Under the pieces are notes generated by a model. The model saw nothing but the letters and a program-made list of their open reading frames with translations, was not told the origin of the DNA and searched no databases. A stretch of DNA of 64,000 nucleotides from NCBI RefSeq assembly GCF_018350175.1, contig NC_058383.1:23624001-23688000 (forward strand), given 5' to 3'. Shown one piece after another: positions 11,455 to 24,600 of this stretch; position 1 is the stretch's first letter, and every line of letters begins with the position of its first letter. The translations under genes were made by a program, and so were the position numbers. This stretch comes from Felis catus (Eukaryota).

Positions 11455-14400
11455 CCAGCCCCTTCAGGGCCGAGGCGGGGGGTGGGGAGGAGCGGGCGGC
11501 GCACAGCCTTCCCACCTCCCCCTTCCTTTCCGCCCGCGGAACGCAACCGCCGCCGGCGCCAGTTTCCACCCGGAGCACTTATGAGCGGCCGAAGCGCGCT
11601 CCCGCACGGATTGAGCCGCCGGCCAGGAGGCGGGACAAAGGGAGCGCGCATTCGCCAGGCGCGCGTCCCCGCCTCCTGTCTGGGCCGCGGCTTCACGTAA
11701 TGGCGGAGATGATTTTCATTTTATACGGCAAGGGCGATACTTCCGAAGGCAGTTACTGAAGCCTCCCGGTCCCTCCAAGGTGGTGTCCTTAGGACTTCTG
11801 GTCTTTCCTCGCCTTAGTCGTTGCCTCTGGGCGCCTCATTCCCTTCCCCCAACCCCCCCACCCCGACCCCGGCAGTACTTAACTTAGTTGTGCAGATTGA
11901 CCCGAGGGTGAGGAGAGGGAGTCTCCTGCCGTTCGTACGTCTAGACTGTCAGACCAACACCTTGCCTGAGACGGACGCTGCCAGTTCTTAACTGTCACTG
12001 GCTCAGCTGCGTGGCTTCTTATTTACATTTAGAGCCGAAGAGCCAGACCCCCACCCCAAGGACCTCCACCCTGCTCCGCAGGAGCTACAAAGCGGTCTGG
12101 AATCTGGGAAGAAAGGATATCACCAAGCCCTTGGCTCTTCCCAGTCCTGTTCCCCAAGCCTGGCAAGTTGCTGGCTATATGTTTCTAAGAGATATCAGTG
12201 AAAGCTCTGCCTTTGTTGGAAGCCACTGCAGCTCAGGCACCTGCAAGTATTACGTTGATGTATTGATGACCCTGCCCAAGAACGAAGACCCCCAAATCCG
12301 AGGCCCTTGCTGCTTGTTTCCTTGAACTAACAGATGGAAGTTGGACCCAGCACTCTTAAAGCGAACTAAGCTCCGGGAGCAATATTTACCCGGATGTTTC
12401 TTTGATCATTTCTAGCACGAGGAGACCTAGCAACGTTTCAGAACCGAAGGGTTACACCGTGTTCCTGTGTCTGAAGTTCTTCCTGCTGCTACCACCAAGC
12501 TACAACTAAGGAGTAATATATTTCATGGGTTCTCTAGCTTCAACACCTTTTCCAGGTTTGTTTGGAAACTGCTTTTAATTTAACTGCACTAGAAATAATG
12601 TAAATACATTTTATTTTAGTTCAAAAGAAGTAAGCCTTACCGTCAACTCCAGTATTGCACTTCAGAGATTACCATTTATGAAGCAGTGGTATGGTGATCC
12701 ACTGATGAAGAACAAAATCGTACTTTACCCACAAACTTATTTATTAGCTTCTAAGAATCCTGGCTTGGGACTTTTTGGGAACAGGGGCATCTTGTTGCCT
12801 AATGTGAGGTAGGCTATAACAAACACAAAGGGGAAAGGGGAGGGTACTTTGTGTTCTCTCTTTTCAGTATGTTACCTGACTACTTCCTGCTAAAACGCCA
12901 AAGAACCTGAACCTTACTAAATCTAGTTCAAACTTGTAGTGGTCCTGGCCCAAGTCATCAAAAGGGAACCATATTAGCCAGTCCAGGTAAACTCAGTTTG
13001 TTTACCATGTCACTTGTCCCTCCTGTCTCATGCAATCAGTGTCAGAAAAAGCAGCCTTCATCTTTTTAGAGGTGGAGTGGGGAGGAGGGTGAAAGCAGTA
13101 GGAATATATAAAGTGACACATTTCATTTCTGAAAACAAAAAAGACAAAAGGTATGCCCCCCAACTATAGAGTAAACCTGAGGAGCCACAGCACAGAGACT
13201 GCAAAATGTGTCAGATGAACAAGAAGCAACTAGATGCCTACTGAACTCTGAAGGATTTGGGGGTCAGTTGACAGCCAGGAAGCCTAGCATCTCAAAGGAG
13301 CAGGTTTTCATTTTATACCTGAGCAGCTGGCCTGGAAAAATAAATCACCCACACATTTAAAATAGTCTATAATAATCACAAAATAGTCAAATACATGTTA
13401 TTTACACTTAGCAAACACAGGAAGAAACCAAAGCACAACATGATCAAATGATTTGCCTAAAGGTAGAGCAAATTCAATAGCAGACCTTTTCATAGAACCT
13501 GGTATCCCAGCTTGTGATCCTTCGATCCATCTAAGAAGCCTCTTCGTTGTCTCTCTCAGAGAGCCTCCTGAATTACAAATGAGGAGGAAGGAAAACAGCA
13601 AGAGTAAATATACTAAGCAGAAGTTCAGATTGCCCTCGGGGACTGCCCCCTTCCTTCATCTACTAGAATGTCACTACTGTATATTAAAACCTCAATTAAA
13701 AACCTCAGTTATCCATAATGGAGAGGGGCAGAGGCACGAATAACACAAGAAGCTGAAAACCAGCCAATATCCCTTCTAACGTGGCTTTTAAATGCAGTCA
13801 GTAATATTCCAAAAACACAGAAATAACACCCTCTGTATTGACCTCTGCTCACTGCCCTCCTGACCAGGAGCTCAGGTACTGAACTTGGGTCATAGTGCTG
13901 TGCATAGGCCCCAAATCTTGTCTGGATCACTTTCTTCTCTAGAACTCTAAGCAAGGGTACCTTTTGGTGTAATTGTACTTATCAGCTACAAATTACAACA
14001 TATCCATGTTCTCTTTTCAGTGACAAAATCTAATGTAAAGGGAACCCATGGAGAGCCTTGCAGGCGCCTGGGTAGCTCAGTTGGTTAAGCATCCGGTCCC
14101 TGATTTCAGCTCAGGTCATGATCTCATGGGTTATGCGTTGGAGCCCTGCATCAGGCTCTTTGCTGACAGTGCAGAGCCTGCTTAGGATTCTCTCTCTCTG
14201 CACCTTGCCTGCTGTACCTTTCTCCCTCTCTCTCTCTCAAAATAAACAAACGTTAAAAAAAAAAAAAAAAAGCTTTAAAACAAAAGAAAAAGAGAGACTT
14301 GGATCTGTACAGGCACAAAATGTGCCAGTCACTGTTGGTCATTGTCCTCTCCTTGAAGAGATTAAGTAGTGTAAAAAGCACTCAAAAATCACAAGTTTTT

Positions 14401-17400
14401 GTGGACTTTTTTATACTTAGTATTTTGTAGAGTGTCAGAGAATGGTACAAGTCTCCCCCAGTATAGATGTGCCCTGTGGTAATTAAGCAATGAGCACCTC
14501 CAAAAAATAAAATTAGTAAATGTATCTAGCAATTTATTTTTATTTATTTTTTTAGAGAGAGAATGAGAGTGTGAGTAGGGGAGAGGGGGAGAGAGAGAGA
14601 GAGAGAGGGAGGGAATCCTAAGCAGGATCCACACACAGCACAGAGCCCCACTAAGGGCTCCATTCCACAACCCTGGGATCACAACCTGAGCCAAAATCAA
14701 GAGTCAGACGCTCAACCGACTGAGCCACCCAGGCATCCCGACATTTTTTTTCATTAGTAAACAGGGCATTTTTTTATCTGAACTTGGTTGATATAATTTC
14801 AGTCATACACAGTGATCACTGTCATCTCTGCTTGATAAATTCTAAATTCAGGTGAAACTGCAAACAGGTTAGAAAAAAATTGGCAACATAAAGTAGCAAT
14901 ATTAAACCAGGAGTTACCTATAGAGGCAAGTACAAATAACACAATGTACTCTTGGAGATCTCCCAGTGCTAACTCATCAGCATACTGGTTTGAGACAGAC
15001 CAGCTGGGTTTGAAGCCTGGCTCTATGCTTCTTGGTAATGCAATTTGAGGCAAATAACTTGATTGCTGTAGGTCTCACTTTCCTCATCTGTGAAATGGGA
15101 ATAATAATAATGGTTACCTATCTCATGGGGATGTAGTAATGATTAAAGTATATATTCTAAATATAAAAGACTATATATTCTAAATATAAAGGTGCCTCAA
15201 GATGCACGAAGCTCTCCAGAAATGTTAATTTGCTCTTGTTTTCATTATAACATGGATAATTCAACCTCTTCTGATGACCCCTTTTCCTTATCCATAAACT
15301 AAGGGCCATGATTCTGAACTGCCTACTTCATAATACACCTACGAGAATCAGATGATCTTAAAGTCTCAACCAAGATTATCATAATAAGGATGTCCGGTCC
15401 TAACATAACCGTGATCTCTGCAAAGCTACTCTCCATAAAACATTCCCTTAGAGCCCTTGATGAGAGCTCCTCCTCATTATGTGTTTATTCCTAGGCTCCT
15501 TCCTGAGACTTGGGACTAAGGGAGGAAAGATGAGAAGAGGAAAGAGAACACAAATCTAAAAAACATTCAAACCTAAAATTACAAAATCAGGCAGCACATA
15601 GAAGTCATTTACTTGTGAAGGATGACTGTCTTAGTAGGAAAGCCTTTCCCTCTCTGATATATAGAACTCCACACCAACCATGGCATTTCACCTGCTTACA
15701 ATCTTCTGAACCCTGCGGCTTCCCTCTACCCCACACCATGGCAATCTCTTACCTGTCTCAGTTGATGTCAGGAATAACAGCAGAAAGACAAATAGCACTT
15801 TCATGTGGTCAATTAACATTTATCGAATACATGCCACACGCTAGGCTCTAAACTAAGTGGAATAGAAACACAGTGCCTCACCCTCATACAGCTTGCTGTC
15901 TGTCTGTCTAGTAGGGAGGCAGACCTGCCCAAATAATCAAAAATATATAATTACAAACGGCTGAGTGCTAGAAAAGAATTGGATATTGTTAGAACTTAGA
16001 GGGATCTGACTTGACTGGGGTGTGGGGAATGGAGTGTTCAGGGAAAGCTGAAGTATGAGGAAGTGTGGCATCATGGCCCTCGTTTTGACATCTCCTTGCT
16101 AAGCTTGAGAGCTTCCGAGTTGCCCAAGTTCCTCTAGATTATAGATGCGCCTAGTAATTGTGAGAAAAGAAATAGGGGTGCTCTTGGAGCCTTCTGGGAT
16201 GTGAAGACTCACGGTGGCCACCTATGTAATTATGTTGTACATCTACATGACTGCTTTTAGGACCCTTCGAGAAAATCTGCACATAATAGTTTAACTCACT
16301 TAGAGGAATATGTGTATTATTTAAAAATACATATTTCAACTCTGCAGTGTCCTTCTAGTAGGAGGTCTGAGTCAGAGCTCTGAAAAAAGAGAGAAGGCTG
16401 TTGTTTTTCATTCACTTTCTGGGATATTTTCAAAGGTCCAAAGATCTTTGATCTCGTTTTAAGTATATTTTCAAAACATCCCTATCCTTGGCCTCATAAT
16501 TGCTGTCTCCTGCATGTATGTGGGTTTGGTCTTATGAATGGCCACTTCCTCTCCACCCAGTGTGCCATGTCACTTCATGCCACTGTGTTTTCATATACTT
16601 GTTTTGAAACTATAAAACACTCAAACTTATGGTTTATATGAAATACATGAAAAAATTGCACGGTACAATGAGAAAGCTTTAAAACAAAATCTAAATATTT
16701 CATAGTAGACAAAATATATATGTGCATACATAAACATAAGTGATCTTAAAGAGTTTGTATAACATAGCACAGAACCACATCTCTGCTGGCATGAAAGACG
16801 ATGACTATTTTATTTTTGCACAACCACATACTGGTCTGAGAATGAGGAAGAATACGTTTATGAAAGAGGATACTTGAGCAGTCAAGCAACCTGAAAATCA
16901 GACAAAACTATCTCCCTTCTCTGGTAAAAACAGTGATTGATTTTTTTTTAATGGCCACAACTAATGTGAGTTTGCTTTACAACTTAACCTAGGATCTTCC
17001 TTAAACGTGTTGTGCCTACAAATCATTAAACCCAGAAGAAAGGCATTTGACTATTAAATATCCAAAACCTCAGCATTTTGAAACCCCCACAGCTGTTTTC
17101 CTTCAGTTCATAGTTTCCCCTTACCAACAAACATCCTTTGTTCCATACAGTTTCCTAAAATCGAGAGTCAATACTGCAAACAGCTATTAAGCTATTCCAC
17201 AGTAGAAAGTTTATTTCAAGTTCATTAGCTTTCTGTCCTCAAGTCTTTCAAGTAAAGTTTTAGATATGGCAGGGACAGGCATTAAAGGCCATTAGCTTTT
17301 CCTTCCACTAACAGAGCTCAGATTCCACCCTCTTCCTCCAGCCTCCCACACCAGTTCTGGCAGGTGGGGTGGGAGAAGCCAGCTTTGCTCAAGGACCTCA

Positions 17401-18084
17401 CTAAAGTGTAGTTTGTGAATATAGAACAGGCTATTCTCCCTCCAGGAAAAGTCCATTTTATAACCAAAACTATAAATGACATTGGAGCCAAATGTGCTGT
17501 TTTTTAGACAGACATAATTTTAAACAAATTGCCTTAGGTTATACATGCACTGTTTTTATTTTCATAAGGAGACATATTTATAGATAATTTTCACCACATC
17601 TACAATGCTCGTCATAATGATTCAATGGAATGAGGCTTTATGTAAAAAAGCCTTAAGTTATCCCTGTAGACTTTGATAGAACAATGGATTAATTTTTAGA
17701 GTCTCCAACGTCCTGATTGATAAATGAATGGGAATTTCTCCATTGTCATACTATAAACAGCAACATATACATAGGAATATGTATACATGATACATGTCAA
17801 ATCATATTTGAGAACATTTACTATTTATTAGCTCTTTTCCTCATTTAGAATTTATATTTGGACACAAGTATCAGGAATACATTATATTTTTGACATATAT
17901 TATAGTTTAAAGAATTTTTAATTTTAAGCAAACTCTGTGTCACATGTGGGGCTCGAACTCATGACCCAGAGATCAACAAGAGTTACATACTCTACCAACT
18001 GAGCCAGCCAGGCACCCCCAAAGATGTTTTAGGGAAAAAATTAAGTCAGATCATTTTGACATGATAGGCAGTACATAGAGTTGA

Positions 18085-18345
18085 TTTTTTTTTTTTTTTT
18101 GAGAGAGAGAGGGTGCAAGTGAGTGAGGGGCAGAGAGAGAGAATATCCCACGAAGGGCAGAAAGAGAGAGAGAGAGGAAGAGAGAAGCACGGCTCACCCT
18201 GGGCTCGTGTTTTACTCAAAGCAGGGCTGTACTCACCCTAAGTGGGGCTCATGCTTACCCGATGTGGGACTCGAACTTACAAACTTTGAGATCATGACCT
18301 GAGCTAAAGTCAAATGCTTAATGACTTAGCCACCCAGCCCCACCC
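18085..18345 (-). mobile_element. Can-SINE variant with internal tandem units (SINEC_Fc3-like)
   Basis: SINE head at 18300-18340 plus repeated ggctcaccc / gggctc..ctcaccc internal units. Confidence 0.65.
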
Positions 18346-18460
18346 TCCCCCCCATGCAGCTGATCATTAATATTGCCCTGAAATAAATTCTGGAAATACA
18401 GAAATAAAATTGCTGTGTATGTATAATGGATTAGAAAAAAGAAATGTAAAGTCACCTTTT

Positions 18461-19015
18461 TTTTTTTCACGTTTCTTTATTTTTGAGACATAGAGACAGT
18501 GCGAGTGAAGGAGAGGCAGAGAGAGAAGGAGATACAGAATCCAAAGCAGGCTCCAGGTTCTGAGCTGTCTGCACAGAGCCCAACATGGGTTCCAGACCCA
18601 CGAACTATGAGATCATGACCTCAGCCGAAGTTGGACGTTCAACAGACTGAGCCACCCAGGTGCCCCATAAAGTCACCTTTTAAAAAGGCAGGTCTGGGGC
18701 TGCTGGGTGGCTCAGTTGGTTAAGCGTCCAACTTCAGCTCAGGTCATGACCTCGCAATTCATGAGTTCAAGCCCCGTGTCAGGTTCTGTGCTGATAGCTC
18801 AGAGCCTGGAGCCTGCTTTGGATTCCGTCTCCCTCTTTCTCTGCCCCTCCCCCACGTGTGCTCTGTCTCTGTCTCTCAAAAATGAATAAACATTAAAAAA
18901 AATTAAAAAAAAAAATAAAAAGGCAGATCTGTTGTGGTGCCTGGGTGGCTCAGTCAGTTAAGCATCTGACTTGATCTCAGCTCAGGTCTTGATCTTAGGG
19001 TTGTGAGTTCGGTCA
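18461..19015. mobile_element. Head-to-head Can-SINE pair (18461-18666 minus; 18696-18916 plus) plus a truncated third SINE
   Basis: TSDs taaagtcacctttt and aaaaaggcag(g/a)tctg. Confidence 0.9.
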
Positions 19016-20775
19016 GGTCCCGAAGCCAAGACTTGATTGCAGATTGACTGAAGGAAGATCATAACATATGTACAGAAAAAAACAGCTCATTGGGGGTAGA
19101 GGTGGGGAGGAATTGCGTCAGCCTTGGGAAATGGAAAGGCAGGCTGATTTGGTAGTGGATCTCCATCATCAGCCCAGGAGACAGTATCCTTCACTTTGCT
19201 CAATGCTGCACATGTCTCTCTGTGTGGATGGTGATGGGTGCATCCATTTTATCCAGGCTCCATGACATCGTCCATTAACATCATTCTAAATGGCCACATC
19301 CCTCATTCCATGCTCACCACATGGTTGGATGTGCTTCACTCAACAAATATCAGACAGACCTCACTTGCCTGAAAAGTGCAATTGATAGGGATGAGAACAT
19401 TCCCAGATTGTTGAGGCATGCTGTGGTTCTCTTTCAAGGTCTTTCTTGCCCCACCCCACATTCCTCATCCCTGAACCCCATTTCCATTTATCCAACTCTC
19501 ATCTTTATCATCAAAAACAGGGTGAACACTCACACCAAGAGACAGGAAACTCAAATTCTAGTTACATCCCCGACATTTTCCATGTGACCTCGTAAAATCA
19601 CATAACTTTCATTATTTTGTTGTAAAAATGGTAATTAATAAAGACCACCTGTGCATATGCACCTGGATTAGAGACTCTTCCAGTTATGGGATCTGTTCCT
19701 TCACCTGCTTACTTTCTTTCATGAATTATGGGTTCTGTGGATATTTCCCCAAGTGATAATATAAACATGCCTACACTTACATAGTACACAAGAGAAGTGG
19801 TATAATTTTGTTTTCCCACACACTTTAACAAGAAATCTCACAAATTCAGTCCCACAGCACTCCACAAAATAGGAAATAATTTACAGCAAATCGTACATAC
19901 CTGTGACAAAGTTTGTAAGTAGAGCCGTCTTTCGTCTTGACAGTTGTGTGCTTAACAAATTGTCAGCTTCTTATGATCTGAAACCAAAATCCTTACATTT
20001 CTTCCTCCCAATATCAGTCACTCTCCCACTTAGTGTGAGGCTTGCCCAGTCCCCTGGGAGGAGGCACTTATTAGGAAAAGTAGGAACGAAAATGAACATA
20101 TTTCTACCGCATGAAATTCTAGATCTGGGCCACAGCCTCACTCTTTATGAAAAAGAGCATTGCAAGAGTGCCACCCAGGCCACTGAAAACAACAATGGCT
20201 CACAATAGATGCCAGACACTGTGGTAGGTATCTTAACGTGTGTCACCTCTTTATTTTTTTTAATTGTTTTCTTTTTTTTTAGAGAGCACGTACGCATGTA
20301 CACCCAACTTGCCGAAGGGCAGAAGGAGAGGGAGAGAATGAATCATAAGCAGGCTCTATGCTGAATGCACGACTGGTGGCAGAACTCTAGCTCAGCGCAG
20401 AGCCCTGCAGTGGGAGGTGGGGGGAGGCTCTATCTCACCACTGTGAGATCATGACGAAAGGACCTGAGCCAAAATCAAGGGTAGGACACTTAACTGAGCC
20501 ACCCAGGCATCCCCATGTGTCATCTCTTTTTTCTTTTTTTAAGTTTATTTTTTGAGAGAGAGAGTGCAAGCAGGGAAGGGGCAGTGAGAGAGAGGGCGAC
20601 ACAGAATTGGAAGCAAGCTCCAGCTGAGCTGTCAGCACAGAGCCCGACACGGGTGGAACTCATGGACCGTGAGATCGTGACTGAGCCCAAGTCAGATGCT
20701 TAACTAAGCCACCTACATTCCCCGGTGTCATCTCTTTTAATCCTCAATACAATCTAAGAAGGTTGATACTATTGT

Positions 20776-20828
20776 TATTTCTTTTCTTTCCTTCATTTTT
20801 CTTTTCTTTTCTTTTCTTTCTTTTCTTT

Positions 20829-20864
<36 letters not shown>

Positions 20865-20866
20865 TT

Positions 20867-20962
<96 letters not shown>

Positions 20963-20965
20963 TTT
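20776..20965. repeat. (TTTC)n / polypyrimidine microsatellite, about 190 bp, embedded in a MIR
   Basis: Long tttc array followed by the MIR core tttacagaggaagaaaccaaggcac. Confidence 0.97.
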
Positions 20966-21699
20966 ACAGAGGAAGAAACCAAGGCACATAAAGCTTCTAT
21001 TGCACAGCCAATGAGTGGTTGAGGCAGGATTTTAAAGTAGGCGGTCTGATTTCAGAACTCACATTCTTCACACAATGCTCTACTGCCTCCTAGTGTTTTA
21101 GCCATCCTCAGCCCAGGAGCATCAGAATCCCGGGTGGTGTTAGTTACACTGCAGGTTCCTGGGTCATTCGAGGTGTACTGATTCAGAATCTTGCTGTAAA
21201 TCAGAAATCTTTAACATGGTTCACAGGAAGAAGGCGGGGAAGAGGTCCTTAGCAGAAGCGCTATGTTCTTTTTTTTTTTAATGTGTATTTGTTTTTTTGA
21301 GAGAGCAAGAAAGCTAGTGGGCGTTGGGCAGAGAAGGAGGGAGGCAGAGCATCTGAAGCAGGCTCTGGGCTGACATCAGAGAGCCTGACACAGGGCTCGA
21401 ACTCACAAACTGTGAGATCATGACCTGAGCCAAAGTCAGGTGCTTCAGCCACTGAGCCACCCAGGTGCCCCAGAAGCAATATGTACTTTAATAAAAAGTG
21501 TTAATAAAACAGTATTCAATAGTCATGACATTGTTAATGAGGTAATTATTTTTAAAGTGTTGAGATACCCTAAAAGTGTTGAGATAACCATTTGACTTTC
21601 TGAATAGCAAGTCAAATGTCACTTGTGTAATCACTTCAAAACAATCTTCCAGAAATAAAATGAAGACAATTTCTGTGGCCTATAAATATTTTTTAAGTC

Positions 21700-24600
21700 C
21701 AGTAATTCACCCTGTATAGTATACAGTTTGAGTTTTGACAAGTGCATACAAGGGTTGTGACCAATACCCACAATCAAAATACAGAATATTTCCATTCCTT
21801 AAAAAAATTCCCTGTGTCCCTTGTAGTCAACCTCTCTCCCCATCTTAGATTCTGCCAACCACTAATGTGTTTGCTCCCCTGAAAGTTTTACCCTTTCCAG
21901 AATATGATTTAAATGGAATCATACAGTTAGGTAATCTTTTGAGTCTGGCTTCTCTTCCACTCAGCATTGTGCACTTGGCATTCATTCATGCTGATGTATC
22001 AGTAAATCTGTCTTCTTACTGACATATGTCATTCCATGATATGGATGTACCACAATCTGTTTCCCTGTTAACCAGCTGAAGGACATTTGAGTCACTTCCA
22101 GTTTTTTTTATGTATGTGATCATGACTAAACTGCCATAAACAACTGTGTACATGTTTTGTGTGAACACAGTTTTTGGTTCTCTTGAGCAAATAGCTAGCA
22201 ATGGGATTTCTGGATTCTATGTCAGATTCTATGTCTATTTAACTTTTTTAATAAGCTGTCAAAACTGATTTTTTAAAAAAAATTTTTTTCTTAATGTTTT
22301 TATTTATTTTTGAGACAGAGAGAGACAGAGCATGAGCAGGGAAGGAGCAGAGAGAGAGGGAGACACAGAATCGGAAGCAGATTCCAGGCTCTGAGCCATC
22401 AGCACAGAGCCTGATGCGGGGCTCGAACTCACAGACTGTGAGATCGTGACCTGAGCCGAGGTCAGATGCTCAACCGACTGAGCCACCCAGGCGCCCCTCA
22501 AAACTGATTGCTAAAGCAGCTGTGCCATTTTAATTCTCCCAGGACTGTATGAGAGTTCTAGGTGCTCCACAATCTTGTCAGCACATGGTATTGTCAGTTT
22601 TTATTTTAGCCAGTCCAATAGTTATGTAGTGGTATTTCACTGTGGTTTTATTTTTCTTTTAATGTTTATTTATTTATTTTGAGAGAGAGAGAGAGCATGA
22701 GCAGGGGAGGGGCAGAGAGAGAGAAGGAGAGAGAGAGAATCCCAAGCTCCCAAGCTCCATGCTATCAGCACAGAATCTGATACAGGGCTTGATTTCATGA
22801 ACTGTGAGATCATGACCTGGTCGGAAATCAAGAGTTGTTCACTTAATTGACTGAGCCACCCAGACACTCCTTCACTGTGGTTTTAATTTGCCTTTTCCTG
22901 ATAACCAATAATGTTAAAGAACTTTTCATGTACTTACTTTCCATCTGTAGCTCTTCTTTGGTGGAATGTCTGTTCAAACATTTGCCCCTTTTTTATTGGG
23001 TTGTTTCTTATCTTTTAATTGGTTGAGACTCTTTTTAAAATACTCTACATGCAAGTCTTTTATCAAATATGGATTTTGCAAATATTTTCTCCCAGACTGT
23101 GGCTTACCGTTTCATTTATTAACAATGTCTTTCAAAGATCAGGAGTTAATTTTTTTTCCCCAGACTTCATGAGGTATCATTGACAAGTAAAAATTGTGTA
23201 TATGTAGATTGTACAACATGATTTTTTAAAGGTGTACAATTGGATGATTTAATATACATATAAATTATGAAATAATTATAATAATTAAGTTCATTAACAC
23301 ATCCATCACCTCACATAGGTACCTTTGTGTGCATATGTGGTGAGAACACTTAAGAGCTACTCTCTTAGCAAATTTCAAGTGTATAATATAGTGTTATTAA
23401 CTATAGTCACCATTTTTTACATTAGATTCCCAGAATTTATTATAACTGAAATATTGTGCCTTTGGACCAACATCTCTCTACTTCCACACCTTCATGCCAT
23501 GGCAACCATTGTTCTCTGGTTCAATGTTTTCTTTTTTTTAATTTTTTTTTTCAACGTTTATTTATTTTTGGGACAGAGAGAGACAGAGCACGAACGGGGG
23601 AGGGGCAGAGAGAGAGGGAGACACAGAATCGGAAACAGGCTCCAGGCTCTGAGCCATCAGCCCAGAGCCCGATGCGGGGCTCGAACTCCCGGACCGCGAG
23701 ATCGTGACCTGGCCGAAGTCGGTCGCTTAACCGACTGCGCCACCCAGGCGCCCCTCTGGTTCAATGTTTTAAGCTTCCATTTATAAGTGAAACCATACCA
23801 GTATTTGTCTTTCTGTTCTGGCTTACTTCACGTAGCATAATGTCCTCCAGGTTCATCCATGTTGGTGCAAATGATGAGACTTCCTTCTTTTTTATGGCTG
23901 AATAATCTCTGTATCTATATCACATCTTTATCCGTTCATCCATCAACGAACACTTAGGTTGTTTCCAGACTTGGATATTGTGACTAATGCTGCAGCGATC
24001 ATGGGAGTGCAGATACCTCTTTCTTTTAGTTTTGTTTTAAGTTTATTTTGGGAGAGAGAGAGAGAGCGCACACGCACAACACAAGTGAGGGAGGGGCAGA
24101 GTGAGAGGGAGAGAGAGAATCCCAAGCAGGTTCCACACTATCAGCGCAGAGCCCCACGAAGGACTCAATCCCATGAACTGTGAGATCATGACCTGAGCCG
24201 AAATCAAGAGTTGGACACTTAATGGACTGAGCCACCCAGGCATCCCTCTTTTTCTTTCAGTTTTACTGAGATATAATCAACATACAGCATTGTGTAAGTT
24301 TAAGGTATACAGCATAACGACTTGACTTACATATATTATGAAATGATCATCACAGTTAGCATTCATCACCTCATATAGTTACAAAAAGAAAAAAAAGAAA
24401 GAAAATGTGTTTTTCCTTGTGTAAGAACTCTTAGGATTTACTCTTAACAGCTTTCAAATATACCCTACAGCAGTGTTAACTACAATCATCATGTTGTACA
24501 TTACATCCTGAGTACTTATTTATCTTATAACTAGAAGGTTGTGCCTTTTGACCACCTTCCTCCAATTCCTCCTTTCCCACCCCTGCCTCTGGAAACCACA

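Larger units (their letters stand above)
10700..11960. promoter_or_regulatory. CpG island / METTL9 promoter
   Basis: Abrupt very high GC and CpG density against CpG-depleted flanks. GC boxes (e.g. ccccgcctcc 11667-11676) and an NRF1-like gcgcgcattcgc (11644-11655). No SINEs inside. Boundaries approximate. Confidence 0.92.

Noticed and set aside
11334..11651. In-frame ATG at 11651 giving a 106-aa N-terminal extension of METTL9
   Set aside because: It lies within the NRF1-like/GC-box promoter motifs, probably upstream of the TSS; the extension is low-complexity and would bury the targeting peptide.
10620..11759. Long overlapping ORFs (154-340 aa) on both strands
   Set aside because: Low-complexity Arg/Pro/Gly/Ala translations expected from a stop-poor CpG island. 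Only 11333-11169 matches a known protein and ends at a splice donor.
15149..15190. Tandem duplication tatatattctaaatataaa (also a 12-bp tandem at 50371-50402)
   Set aside because: Ordinary short slippage duplications in AT-rich DNA with no further structure.
20737..21014. Lys/Glu/Arg-rich and Phe/Leu/Ser-rich ORFs
   Set aside because: Translations of the (TTTC)n microsatellite.
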